Both the position numbers and the translations under genes were made by a program. From contig OX597828.1 in assembly GCA_951406725.2 (NCBI GenBank), forward strand, positions 25,978,001 through 26,042,000: 64,000 nt of DNA, read 5' to 3'. Within the stretch, counting starts at the first letter, position 1; each line of letters begins with the position of its first letter. This document shows, piece by piece, positions 42,839-56,914 of the stretch. This DNA is from Octopus vulgaris (Eukaryota). The notes beneath the pieces were generated by a model. That model saw only the letters and a program-made list of their open reading frames with translations. It was not told the origin of the DNA and searched no databases.

Positions 42839-43053
42839 GCATGCCTACAAACAACGGCTGAGTGGTGATAATAAGAGTGTTGTTCTGAGAGAGAACAATT
42901 ATCTCTTGAACATTGACTTCAATCTAAAATTACAACTATCTCTTTCTATCCTAATTCTTATCCATGTATTTTACAAACAGCTAACAATGAACGACGCCAG
43001 ACATATACACTTTAGCACCTTATACTCTAACATACAACAATTACACGCGGAAA

Positions 43054-43131
<78 letters not shown>

Positions 43132-43421
43132 TCGTTGATGTTTTCACCAGTTCAATCGTAGCGGTTTATCACCAACTTTAGTGCTTTTTAGTACAGTATG
43201 TTGTAGCTAGTGTTTATTGCAGATATTTGTGCTTTTTTTTATCGATATCTGTTCGCCGAACTGCGAGTTCACACGACACGCGCAATACAGATATAAATGT
43301 AAACGAATGCACGAACATAGCAACATACCCCCGCACAAATACACACATACACTGACATACATTGACATGCATGAGTATGTAAATACATGTATAAATGTAA
43401 GTACATTGACATACACACATA

Positions 43422-43735
43422 CATTATCATTATGGCTACCCCCTCGTTATTGAGTATGGCCATTGCACGAAACTTAACTGTTACTGGTGCTGTGATCGAA
43501 TGTGACTTTTTAGCCCAAGATCTACAATGTCTTGTACAAAATTGGCAACTAAAACCTTTACTGGTAATAGTCGGCTGTAGTTGTAACTGGGCTTCATGTA
43601 CCTTTGCATGTCGTTTAAGTCCTCCTGCCGAATTACACTCTCTTCCACATGCCCGACAGATATGATTAGTATGGTGTATTACACCACCACCTGTAGCCAG
43701 GTTGTCACTCATCTGTCGCGCTTTATGACTACGAA
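43422..43735 (-). mobile_element. RTE (BovB-like) LINE 3' end with C2H2-type fingers
   Basis: [23 protein letters not shown] and [10 protein letters not shown], then a short UTR and a taatga-type tail. Flanked by TACA repeats; no splice context. Confidence 0.65.
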
Positions 43736-43807
43736 GATACATACATACATACATACATACATACATACATACATACATACATACATACATACATACATAC
43801 ATACATT

Positions 43808-44138
43808 GAAGTGGTACTCCATCGGTTACGACGGCAAGAGTTCCATTTGATCCGATTAACGGAACAGCATACTCGTGACATTAATGTGCATGTGGCTGAG
43901 CATTCCACAGACATGTGTGCCCTTAACGTAGTCCTCAAGGAGGTTCAGCGTGAGACAGAATATGACAAGGCTGTCTGCTTTTTGAATTACAGGTACAACT
44001 CATTTTTGCCAGCTGTGTGAACTGGAGCAACGTGAAATAAAGTGTCTTGCTCAAGGACACGATGCGTCACCGGAATCGAACTCACGGCCTTACTATCATG
44101 GACCGAATACGCTACCCACTAAGCCACGCACCATCACG
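43808..44138 (-). mobile_element. tRNA-derived SINE family C, full length
   Basis: Head gtgatggtgcgtggcttagtgggtagcg...gagttcgattccgg. Homologous to 4770-5085; the head is also seen at 56990-57115. Confidence 0.85.
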
Positions 44139-44465
44139 CATACATATATGTATACATATATATACATACGTACGTACGTACATTCATACATGCATACATG
44201 TTTACAAGCTTGCATACAGACATGCATACATGTATTCATTCACACATACATTCATACATGCATACATTCATACATGCATGCATACATATATACTGCATAC
44301 ATGCATGCATACATACGTACATGCAAGTATGCATACATATATATATGCACGTATGTATGTATGCACACATGCATACATGCACACATACATGCATACAGAC
44401 ATACATGCATGCATACATGTATACATGCATACATGCACACATATATGCATACATACATACATACA

Positions 44466-44498
<33 letters not shown>

Positions 44499-44868
44499 GC
44501 CTACAAGCCAGACAAAGATTTGTGTCAGAGAGAGCAACAGTATACAGAAGTGGAAACCAGTAGGTGTTAACATAAAACCAAAGATCCGCAAAACCGAAAA
44601 CCCCTGTTCTGAACTATTGAGAAATGTACGGCTATTCTACCTGATTCTACAGATTTTTACCTGTAATTATTGGGTTGTAGGATATATATCTTGAGGATAT
44701 ATATCTTGAGAATTTGAGGTTTTCAAAATTAGAAATGAGAAAGCTGAGTAGAAGTAGTCAATTTGAAACCGTCAATGGAACTGTCAGATATATAAAACTT
44801 TACAAAAGTTTAGCATATGAGCATATTCAAACATGGAAGTATATTTATATATATACATACATACTTAC

Positions 44869-44900
<32 letters not shown>

Positions 44901-44902
44901 TG

Positions 44903-44944
<42 letters not shown>

Positions 44945-45071
44945 CAATAAAGGGTTTAGCAACTAGGGTTTTACATGCCGAAAGGGTTTAGCAACTAGGG
45001 TTTTACATGCCGAAGACTACTTGGTGTAATTGATAATTATTCCAAATTAATTAATTTCACCCTTCATTATT

Positions 45072-45157
<86 letters not shown>

Positions 45158-45202
45158 AGTTTGGATATTAATTTCCTTATATTAGTAGTAATAATATATT
45201 AT

Positions 45203-45280
<78 letters not shown>

Positions 45281-45477
45281 TATATATATATATACATGCA
45301 TAAAACAGAACATACAGATCTGCTTATGTACTGACTCCAAATACTTCAACATTTACATACATATTCGCCAAACTACTTAGTTGATGTTGTTGAAATTCCA
45401 GCGCAGGAACTTTAGATCTAGGTTGCAAAAATGAGACTTTCTCAATTGGTAAGAAATCTAGTAATAAAATTAAGTAA

Positions 45478-45508
<31 letters not shown>

Positions 45509-46003
45509 CATGCATAATTACACACATATATATATTCATTTCAGTACATGATGTAGGTTGGTTTCACTCTGCGTGAATTGCAGTTCTGTAAAAACGTGTT
45601 CAATGTTGTTAAGTACCGTGTATAAAAATAATGTTTTATTCAGTGTGCGTGAATAAATCATATTTATTAGCTACCTTCTCGCCCCCATTCTTCAGACAAA
45701 TGGATTTTTGAGGCTGCCATGGACTGCTGCAAATATCTCTGCTCAGCTGACAATGAAAGTGAGCAGATTTATCACTTCATACGTGTTTCTTTATATTTGT
45801 ATCCACGTTGTTAGAATTTATCGATGTATGTGTGTGTTTGTGTTTATATATATTTTACTGCATGCCTAATTACTATATTTGAAGGCATAAAAGACACAAC
45901 AGCACTCCATTTTCATCCGATTTTGCATATAGGAACAGGGGTGGTATTTTGAGACTTCAAAATTAAAAAAAAGTGTCTTATATGCTGTCTTAAATACGAT
46001 ATA

Positions 46004-46307
46004 TCACGTGATCACGTGACCGACCAGACCATCAGATGTTGTTACACATCGCTGGTCACAATGCGTTCGCATTGTTTTAGCCTTCAAATGATGCCACCCC
46101 GCTGGCTAAGCGAGCAGGCCAACAGAAGAAAGAGTGGGAGAAAGAGTGGTGAAAGAGTACAGCAGGGATCACCAGCCCCTGCCGGAGCATCGTGGAGCTT
46201 TTAGGTGCTTTCGCTCAATAAACACTCACAAAGCCCGGTCTGGGAATCGAAACCGCGATCCTACGACCGCGAGTCCGCTGCCCTAACCACTGGGCCATTG
46301 CACCTCC
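46004..46307 (-). mobile_element. SINE family D, full length
   Basis: Reverse complement of 13511-13817. Flanks atacgatata / atacggtata suggest a TSD. Confidence 0.9.
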
Positions 46308-47435
46308 ATATACGGTATATATAAATGTCTAATCATATGTAAGTACTATGCCTGCATTATGAGTTGTAGATCATTTTATGTGTTTAGATACCCATTTATT
46401 CTTTTCATTTGTCTTGGTTGTGCACCAGGATGTGGGGCCCTTGTTCGAGAGCTCCAAGACTTTGAGGAGTGACGAACCACCTCAGCCGCAATTATTCCCA
46501 GGTCTTTTCTGACCCAGAGTAGCAGCTCTGGTCAGGGCCCCAGTTACGGGTTGATTACTATATTAGTGCTTGCATACTTATGCATGTGAAGACTGGATCC
46601 GATAGACCCTGCAGAAAATACTTTCATAGTTCCAAGGAGTTGGGGAAGCGGCAACACCAACGCATTGTAAGGTGCAGCGAGCAAGATGAGACAACTAAAC
46701 ATCTTGGTCTTCCACTGCATCGGTCTCCATGCCCAGTCGTCTTGACCTGATCTTGCCACTTGCTTGAAGATGATCACGGACGAGAGACGCAAATCATCAG
46801 TCATCCTTAAAAATGACTCGATGCTCCTCGTTTCATCGACGAACGTGATTCTTCTACTGTTTTCAGTCATTTAACAAAGGACTCCTAGCCTCACTGTCCC
46901 GGGAGGGGTTTAGTCGGTCATAGCTACCTGAATATTAATTTCTGTTTGTTACAAATTTCATGGTTTATATTTTATTTAGTGGTTAATCGCTGTTGTTTCA
47001 AAAACACAAAAGAAAATACAGTCAAAAACATAGTCATTCATAATGGGTTTCTTCAATTTCCTGTCGCCAAAATTCCAACTTACAATGTATTGAATAGAAA
47101 ATATTCACCAACGTTTCCCTTTGTTGGATTGGATCCAGAACTCTATTTGCAAAGTGGCCTTTCTTAACCTCTCTTGACTATATTTATTTACATATGTGTT
47201 TGTGCGTGTGTGAAGAGTATAATGATTGAAACCATGGCGACTGTTAATTGTCCTGTACTCTATTTTTTTGTTGTTTAAGAAAAATGTCCAGTTCCTTGGG
47301 TCTGTGTCTATGTTTTCGTTTCTCATTGTGTTCGACGTTTTTTTGGTGTCCTGTACTCATATATGCGTGTATAAATACATGTAGAGGTAGGTACGTACAT
47401 ATATGTATATATATATGCATATGTTTTATTTATTA

Positions 47436-47480
<45 letters not shown>

Positions 47481-47621
47481 TTATACCATATACGTCATTT
47501 ATAAACAAGAGAGACAGAGAAAGGCAGAAACAAGGAAAATGACACTTATATTTGAACACTATACAAGTATTCTTTTAAAAAAACCTTTCTTTTAATTTTT
47601 CTAAATATAATTATTTAACTG

Positions 47622-47663
47622 TTACAGTTGAAAAGGTCTCAATGACTGAAACCGGTACTGAAA
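47622..47663 (+). ncRNA. Minimal hammerhead ribozyme motif, U3:A8 variant
   Basis: UUACAG [UUGAAAA] GGUC-ucaau-GACU [GAA] ACCGGU A CUGAAA. Palindromic stem III, GUA cleavage triplet, stem I 5 of 6 pairs. Confidence 0.6.
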
Positions 47664-47748
47664 TGTTCTATATAAAATTATTTTAGCATTTTCTATCCTG
47701 ACTTGTTTTTTCATATATATCAACTCGTGTGTTCCTTTTCATCCTTAT

Positions 47749-48146
<398 letters not shown>

Positions 48147-48148
<2 letters not shown>

Positions 48149-48305
48149 CGTATGCGTGGGTATGTGGTAGGAAACTTACTTCCCAGCCATATGATTTCGG
48201 GTTCAATCCCACTGTGGAACCTTAGGTAAATGTCTTCTACTATAGCCTCTCGCCGATCAAAGCGCTGTGAGGGGATTTGGGAGAAGGAAAATGAAAGAAG
48301 CCCGT
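48147..48305 (+). mobile_element. SINE family B, 5' half
   Basis: gtgtgg-like A-box region, gggttcaatcccactg, tgtcttctactatagcc, gaaagaagcccg. Confidence 0.75.
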
Positions 48306-48347
<42 letters not shown>

Positions 48348-48559
48348 CGCGCGTATGTGTGTATGAATAAATATGGCTTCGATACCAGTTCCCAGCGGGT
48401 ATGTTATTATTATCAAAAACTAACAAATGAAATGCAAAATTTGATCTTAACGAGATTTGAACTTAGCATGAAAAGGCTCTAAACTAAATATCGAACGGGG
48501 AGAGTCTACTTTGTTACAACCGCCATTTTAGTTCGTAGCCATTTAAAGCCAATAATAAT

Positions 48560-48592
<33 letters not shown>

Positions 48593-48974
48593 AATAATAA
48601 TAATAATAATAATAATAGCATCATGACAATAAATAGACTGGACAGAAGAATATGCAAAAGTGTACGACAGCCAAAACAACAAAAACAACCGGCACGAGAA
48701 CAACAAGAATAACCCGAATCACTCTAAAATTTCATCATAATGGCCATAAACGGTGTTTTAATGTAAACTACATTAAGCGCATATTGTATTCCCTCATTGC
48801 TTTATGGATCTTATTGCTGTAATCAGTTTAGCTTGTAGTTGCAATAAAGATCTGGCTTAATATACCACATAAAACGTATTGAGAATAGCCAAGCAAACTG
48901 TAGATTTAGATAACGAAAATACAAGATTCTGTGAATACAGAATAAGACCATCATCATCATCGCCATCACTATCA

Positions 48975-49058
<84 letters not shown>

Positions 49059-49358
49059 CTATTATTATTGTTGTTGCAGTTTCGATAGCAAAATAATTAG
49101 CGGCATCTTTTCCTGCAGACTACTTCCTGTGTTCAAATTCTGCAGAGGTCGAATTTTGCCTCTCTTCCTTTCGGGATCGATGAACCGAACCATACACCAC
49201 TTGAGTACGGAGTTCGATGTAATCGACTTGTCCCCTCCTCCTCCAGAATTTCAGGCATTCTACCTATAACAGAAAGGCTTCTTTTTCTTGTTATTGTTTT
49301 TGTTGTTGTTGTTCCCATTATTATTATTATCATTATTATTATTATTATTATTATTATT

Positions 49359-50078
49359 CAGTAGTTTTATTTTTATTTTCATAGCGTGCTTTCACTTCAC
49401 TACCGAGCGCAGCTCTGTGTGCCTTGGGTATGTGCTGTGATTTGTTGTGATGCTCTGATGGTTATTGTATGGAGAGCGTTCTGCGTAGGATGTGTGCAGT
49501 GCCTAGTAGTGCAATTTTCTGTATGTTATATGTGTTTGTAAGTCCTGGTGTTTTTGTTATGTATTTGTCTGAATATTTTTTTATCATGCCTAATGCACCT
49601 ACTATGATAGGAATTGTTTCTGTTTTCAGATTCCACATTCTAGTTACCTCTATTTCCAGGTCTTTGTATTTTGAGAGTTTCTCCATTTCTTTTAGAGACA
49701 CGTTGTCATCTGCCGGTATTGATACATCAATTAGAAAACATTTTTTTTTCTTCATGATCTCTGACAACTATATCTGGTCTGTTGGCCTTAATTTCTCTAT
49801 CTGTGTGTATCGGCATATCCCAGAGTATGGTTGCTTTCTCGTTTTCTGTGACCTTTTCTGGTGTGTGTGCCTATACCATCTTTTTTCTGTTGTTATTCCA
49901 TAATGTTGGCATAGCTTCCAATGTATGTAGGTTCCAACTCTGTCATGTCTGTGAATATATTCCTTCTTAGCCAGGACTGGGCAGCTAGAGATAATATGAT
50001 TTATTGTTTCTTGTCCATCTCCACATGTTCTGCAGTTACTTGTAATATTTCTTTTCATTACATGTTTTTGGTAATTTC

Positions 50079-50079
<1 letters not shown>
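49359..50079 (-). mobile_element. R4/Dong-type LINE 3' fragment (CCHC knuckle + REL endonuclease) inside (TAA)n
   Basis: CRTCGDGQETINHIISSCPVLAKKEYIHRHD...RPDIVV...CFLIDVSIPADDNVSLKEMEKLSKYKDL...IPIIVGALG...LLGTAHILRR. Two frameshifts. (TTA)n on both sides. Confidence 0.92.
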
Positions 50080-50130
<51 letters not shown>

Positions 50131-50590
50131 GTTTCCAGGCAGATGTGTGAGGCCTTTCACCAGTACTTTGCTCAGTACTTTGATAAAAACCTTCACGTTA
50201 TTTCGCTGGTGATGATGGAAAGTGTCAGCTGACCCCCAGCAAGCAGACAATTGTTGACTGGACATGTTTCAAGAACCTTGCAGAAAACTCTTGCAATTCC
50301 AAGCAATGTTGGTTTTCGTAGGTGTTCTATCTTTACATTTGTACCAATCTTTTTGAACCACGTTGGTAGTTGAGTGCTGATTCTTCCAAGCATGCCAATC
50401 ACTATTGACATCACGTCCACTCTCTTCATTGTCCACAACCTACGTATTTCCCACTTCAATATATCATAGTTGTTCACTTTTTCTTCTTTTTTTCTTCCGT
50501 CACCAGGATATGATATGTCAATTATGAGGCATGCTTTTTTTTCCCCTTTTCTATTCACCATAAACATGTCTGATCTGATGGTCACGTTGC
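50131..50590 (-). mobile_element. Second, older R4/Dong-type REL fragment
   Basis: CLIIDISYPGDGR...EKVNNYDILKWEIRRLW...SIVIGMLG...LLGIARVFCKVLE; 3' end abuts (TAA)n. Confidence 0.82.
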
Positions 50591-51150
50591 ATCATTGCAA
50601 CCCACGGACACACAAGTATGTAAACATATCTACAGGTTATAATGTGGGAATAAAATTTGAAATTCAAATTACTAATTTCGATCCGTGACTCACTTCCTGT
50701 GCTCGCGACGTTTCATCAGGCAGGAAGTGCAAACTTCAGTGAAGGAGTTCTTCGCCTCAAAGGAGAGGAACAGGTATCAGCGTGGGGGTGAAAGAACTGG
50801 CAGAATTGTGGCTTGGGACGGTGCAGAACGATAGCCTCCATTTTGAATGCGAGGTTGCACAGAGAGTCGTTCGTCGAGGGGCGGTGCCTACCATACGTTG
50901 ACGAGAGGCAAACACCTCGAAACCTGGGTCCGTATGTGGCATCCGCTTCTTCGGGGAATGATCTCCCTTTGCAGGATAGAGGACACCGTGATGGTGTCAG
51001 CCTATCTGGTGACGTTGATGATCGCCTGGGGCTAAATGCATCAGTAACACCCCCACCGCCCTGCCCTGTCCCTAGCCACATTCAAATGGCTAATGTCCCT
51101 TTTGTTATGGAGCAGTTACTGTCTATATCTCGTTTAGAGAATTATTATTG

Positions 51151-51199
<49 letters not shown>

Positions 51200-51290
51200 T
51201 GTGTGTGTGTGTGTATTTGGACATATATATCAATCACTTTTCTAATTGACTTTATTTTCCTAATCACCTATTATCCTTTTATTTTCAATA

Positions 51291-51327
51291 TCTTTGCTGA
51301 TGAAGGACTAGCGTCCGAAAATCAAGA
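51291..51327 (+). ncRNA. Degenerate minimal hammerhead motif
   Basis: CUGAUGA A GGAC-uagc-GUCC GAAA. Stems III and I are imperfect. Confidence 0.4.
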
Positions 51328-51452
51328 TCTTCCTTTTTTTGTAAGATTTAATCTGTCACAACATTTGATACAACTTGTCCCTTCCGTGCGGTCCTCTTAT
51401 TCTCATCACTGCCCATTGCCTTCTTAATATATACATACATGCATGCATGCAT

Positions 51453-51485
<33 letters not shown>

Positions 51486-52213
51486 TACAGACAGACATGC
51501 ATACACACACACACTACACACACACGCATATATATATATAGTGTATGTATGTATACATGCATTAGTTATTAAATGAAAAGGAACAGGAATGAAGTCATCA
51601 ACTTCATTAGCTTGCAGCTGTTTCTGCTATCAGAAGCAATGCGCTCAGCGCTGAATGCTTGATCGCACAAGTATATTGATCTCCAACCAACTGCTTATTA
51701 ATACCATGTATTCAGTACCAAGTGAAACAAATGCTCATCATCGAAACCGACGCAGAACCACCAGAACACTAATTTCGAAAAAAAAAATATAAATGAATAA
51801 ATAAGCCATTGTATCATAGACTTGCAGAACATTTGTTACATGCAACACATCTTGCAGATATCAGAGAAGTACATTTGTTAGAATCAAGCTAGAAGCTAAA
51901 CAGATTTCATATTAAAACAGATACATTAAGTTTCATTGCACAGCGTTTTGCGGACACAGCGATACTTACGTCAGATTAGTAACAGTTATAAAGCCCTGAA
52001 CAATTCCCACGGTTTAAGTACCGCCAAATCTCATGGCTATTGAGCTTGGCAATCCTTTGTATTGTTTCTCATTGTTTTTCCTACTATTATTTTATTGCAT
52101 ATGATGGTGATAAAATTGTCCTTAAACATTGTAGTTATTTATATTATTGCTGTAGTTACGGCATCAAATACATATGGATTAGGGGGACTGATGTGAATCT
52201 ACTACGGTGGACT

Positions 52214-52336
<123 letters not shown>

Positions 52337-52544
52337 TTGCTGCTGCTGCTACTGCTGTTATTGCTATTACTATTACTACAACTACTACTACTAAATTATG
52401 TGTTAAATTTCAGACTTCGTTCCTATTTGTTTTGTTTTTCCTTTTACATGCTGGGCCTGAAGGAAGGACCAGACCCATGGTCTTTGAAGACCCTTCTAGT
52501 CCGGTGAGATCGAACTCATTCATGTTTCTCTTGAATCTTTGTTA

Positions 52545-53000
52545 GTCAACACATATGCGAAAGTGATGGAGTTGTGGGGAGGAATTCCTTAAAGCTGACG
52601 TTCTGTGAAGAAGGACTAGACGTAATGATCCGTGCCAGGCCAAGGTGGGTTGGCCACGACAAGGGAGGTTGCAGGAGGAAAGATGCGTAGGGCGAGAACA
52701 TCTGTGTAGAATTGACAAGGCGTAACCAATTCCAAGGTGCAGAAGACATTATAGTCCGAAATGAGACGAGTGGGCGCGGCTGTTTGGATGCTGACATATC
52801 GGCAGATCAGACATTAAGCTTCTTTTGACGTCTACACATTTTGACAGAGGAGGCCAATATTGCAACATCTGCGACCAGATCTGCAAATGCGGAATAGACT
52901 TGAATTCCAACATAAAACAACGGGATAAAACTTCAAACCAAGAAGGCTGTGCAACTGTCTCCTGCTGCACCATCGTTCGTCGAAACGACGGGAGAATCCT
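52545..53000 (+). mobile_element. RTE-clade LINE 3' relic
   Basis: MIRARPRWVGH, YCNICDQICKCGIDLNS, and tail catcgttcgtcgaaacgacgggagaatc. Confidence 0.6.
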
Positions 53001-53249
53001 ACATATTTTGGACTAAAGCCCATAATTATAACATGGCCTTAAATGAAACTTTCAGTAATATTTAAAACTACTTGTTCAACCATTTTGCTAAATTTCTGTT
53101 CATTATGCAGCATCTCATATTTTGATGTCTGTATCAATTATAATTATTTTACCAACATATACTGTTACGGTTATTAAGGATTTCTTGACGAATACCAACA
53201 ACCTACAGAACCGTATTCGTATCACAGTTTACATATAGTGAAGGTCAAG

Positions 53250-53819
53250 CAGTTTTTGAATTGGTTATCAAAGACCTCTCGTGGTCTTCCCTGAGTAACA
53301 GAACTTGAACCTATTTGACCTTTACATAACGAGAAGAGAATACAGTCGACAAATGTCAGGGAGAGAAATAAATTCTGCGGTGTTTGCAACAACAGCAGTA
53401 ACAACAACAACAACAACACCAAAAGAGGCAGTAACAAGCAGCAGCAGCAGCAGCAGCAACAACAACAACAACAAAATGGAGATGGATTCTATGACCGGAT
53501 GTAGTTATACTATGGAAGTGCTTTGATGTCGCCTAGGCTTTTATGGCATGGTTTGAAGTACAAAGAAAATATCACGTGAACGAAACTGTAGTCTTATTTT
53601 AAGAATCCCTGATGTTAATACGCCAAGTGGAAGATTACGTATCTTGCAACTGAAACTAGTCAGGAAAATTAGATTCAGAAGATCGAATAGATCCTTCCTG
53701 TTAACGGAACCTTCTGGAAAGTTCTTCAGGTTTGAAAGCACGCAATACTGCTACTTAAGGTTTTGATTCGAAATTATTTTCACTCTTAATGCTAACATTC
53801 GTGTACATAATAGTCCAAA

Positions 53820-53864
<45 letters not shown>

Positions 53865-54436
53865 TGAATTGGTTATCAAAGACCTCTCGTGGTCTTCCCT
53901 GAGTAACAGAACTTGAACCTATTTGACCTTTACATAACGAGAAGAGAATACAGTCGACAAATGTCAGGGAGAGAAATAAATTCTGCGGTGTTTGCAACAA
54001 CAGCAGTAACAACAACAACAACAACACCAAAAGAGGCAGTAACAAGCAGCAGCAGCAGCAGCAGCAACAACAACAACAACAAAATGGAGATGGATTCTAT
54101 GACCGGATGTAGTTATACTATGGAAGTGCTTTGATGTCGCCTAGGCTTTTATGGCATGGTTTGAAGTACAAAGAAAATATCACGTGAACGAAACTGTAGT
54201 CTTATTTTAAGAATCCCTGATGTTAATACGCCAAGTGGAAGATTACGTATCTTGCAACTGAAACTAGTCAGGAAAATTAGATTCAGAAGATCGAATAGAT
54301 CCTTCCTGTTAACGGAACCTTCTGGAAAGTTCTTCAGGTTTGAAAGCACGCAATACTGCTACTTAAAGGTTTTGATTCGAAATTATTTTCACTCTTAATG
54401 CTAACATTCGTGTATAATTTAATAGTTCAAACAAAC

Positions 54437-54476
<40 letters not shown>
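53250..54476. repeat. 608-bp near-identical tandem duplication
   Basis: Units start at 53250 and 53858. The ORF track shows identical peptides offset by 608. Each unit ends in (CA)n. Confidence 0.97.
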
Positions 54477-54479
<3 letters not shown>

Positions 54480-54556
54480 GTATGTATGTATGTATGTATG
54501 TATGTATATATATGTATGTATGTATCTACGAATATATATATGTATATATATGTATA

Positions 54557-54673
<117 letters not shown>

Positions 54674-55169
54674 CAAATAAATACGTTCCTCACACACACA
54701 CACACATGTGTATGTATGTGTGTGTCTATGTGTCTGCGTGTGTGTTCTTTATACATTAATACCTCCTACATAATATTCCGAGAAGCGATGAGATAAAAAG
54801 CAAAATTTCAAACAATTTTAAGCCTAATATATCTGTCTGCCTGTATTTAATGCTATACTCCAATGTTCGAAAGCATTTTACATGGGCGAATGTAAGCTTT
54901 GTGACAGGTAGACATTTCACACGTGGTTTCAATTAACGGCTCAATTCTAATGCGATATTAAGTTTCAGTCCCTGTTTGTTTCCCTGAATATTGCGTGAAA
55001 TATTCGCCTAGCCGTCTGGTTAAGAGCTTCGCTTTGCAACCAAGGCTTTTACGATCTCATTGGGTAGTATGTTGTGAAACGATCATCGACTGTAACCTCG
55101 AGCTAACAAATGACTTATGGGAGAAATTTCTGTCGACAAAGACTGTACAAGACCTCGTGGCTTACACAC

Positions 55170-55664
55170 ACATCATCATCACCATCATTGTTCGACTGTG
55201 GTCGAGACAATGGAATTTACTATGTTACGCCAGACTTCACGGTCCATCATAGCATTACGGAGGTCCTGTTGCTGGATGCCTGTATCCCTGGAGATTACAT
55301 CAGGGTAGGAGAGTGTGCGCCCTCTGGCATTGCGAGTAGATGGCTTCCAGAGGAGGAGAGTAGAAATTACCTCTTTTTCAGCTCTACAACAATGTCCAGC
55401 AAACTGGACTCTCCTACCTTTCACAAGAGATGACACAGGTGGTAATTTCCCATATATTTGCATTTTGGTTGGATGGCGCTTCCACGAGAGATTTTGAGCT
55501 CTCATAAGGAGGCGAGTGTAGGTTCCATCCAACCGCCTCTCAATCTTCTTTGATAACGTCCAGGTTTCTGAGCCATATAGTAGAATTGGTTCGACTGTGG
55601 CTTTGAATATTTCAAGTTTGAAGTCTCTACTTAGATTTGATGACCAGATCTTATGCATGTCATT
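55170..55664 (-). mobile_element. RTE-clade LINE 3' end, 5'-truncated, open frame
   Basis: IWSSNLSRDFKLEIFKATVEPILLYGSETWTL...LDGTYTRLLMRAQNLSW...RRVQFAGHCCR...MMDREVWR; (tga)n tail; inserted in (CA)n. Confidence 0.92.
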
Positions 55665-56161
55665 ACACACACATACACACACGCGCACGAAGACGCGCAC
55701 ACACATACACATTGTTGAGGTCACCTAAGCAGCCTTTCTATCCAAATTGTTTTTCACGTAATATTTACGCGATTTTATTCATAGCTCTATTTACTTCGGA
55801 ATCCATCGTTCCAAAAAAAAGAGAATCACTTCATTCACGTTCTCTCGAAGTTTATAAATTTTTATGACATCAACAATATATAATTCTCCCAGAAAAAATA
55901 GTAAAGTTTCTAAATTTTCTAAAATTCGAAGGATTACTTTGCTTCAGTGGCAGAACGCTAGTCATGTTTACAAGAGATGTGCGTTCGAATCCCGAAGGGT
56001 TTGGCACTAATGTCGTCGCAACAGTTGCTGTCAGAACGCAAAAAGCTGAAGCACATTTAGCAAGGCACTATACGTAACATTCCTGTGAATGGACCAACCT
56101 GGGTTCGTTCTACATTATTATCGGACCCGGAAGGATGAAAGTTAAACTGGACCACAAAGAC

Positions 56162-56202
<41 letters not shown>

Positions 56203-56914
56203 ACACATAGTGATCCTTTCGACCCCTAAATCAGCCCTAATTGTGTAAATCTATTATAAAGGGCATTCCAACCATGACCACCCTGTCTCATAGTTTGTTT
56301 TCAGACAAATTGTGTCAAGGACTACATTACTTTGGGTTTTCATCCGTTTTGTGATGACAGGGAGCAATTTACAAGATACTCAATGCTATTCTTAGCTGGT
56401 CGAGCGGCGACTGATTAGAAGGCGCTACTGAGGTGCTGTATGGTTATGGTTTGTTGAAAAACTTTTTATATTTATTTTTAAAGCCTCAAGGCTCGCTGAT
56501 TGAACAACCTTATGATGGAAAGCATTTCACCCGTAAATATGCAGTCTTTCCCTTTTTCTTTTTTAATATCTCCTCCAGTTTTAATTCTCCGAAAGCGGTA
56601 AGAGGATATATGAGCTCAAAATGTTATCCCTGTTAACTGTGGAAAGTGGTTTTACCCAAAACAGCATTGAAAAGTAAAAGTCTCTCTTTATTCTGCGAGA
56701 ATCGGGTACACATTTGGTAGTTGGAGGGCAAGACCACGAATTTTCACGAAATGAACATATACCTTTGAAGTAATAGCCAACTTGTGATAGGGTCCTAAGT
56801 TAGAATGCAAAGTAAGTCAGCAATTGGCACGATTTGAACTGAAGTTCAAATCGCAACGTAAGAAGGTCGTGGTTAGAATACTATGGCGTATAAGCGACTG
56901 AGGTTACAGTAATA

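Noticed and set aside
43424-43735. C2H2 zinc-finger gene (a family expanded in octopus)
   Set aside because: There are no TGEKP linkers and the second finger is broken. The RTE-like tail indicates a LINE C-terminus.
44949-45013. Telomere-like gggtttag words
   Set aside because: Only a ~32-bp tandem duplication inside a repeat island, not a TTAGGG array.
50730-51110. GC-rich ORF-bearing segment, possibly a Tx1 3' end
   Set aside because: No diagnostic motif that I can identify with confidence.
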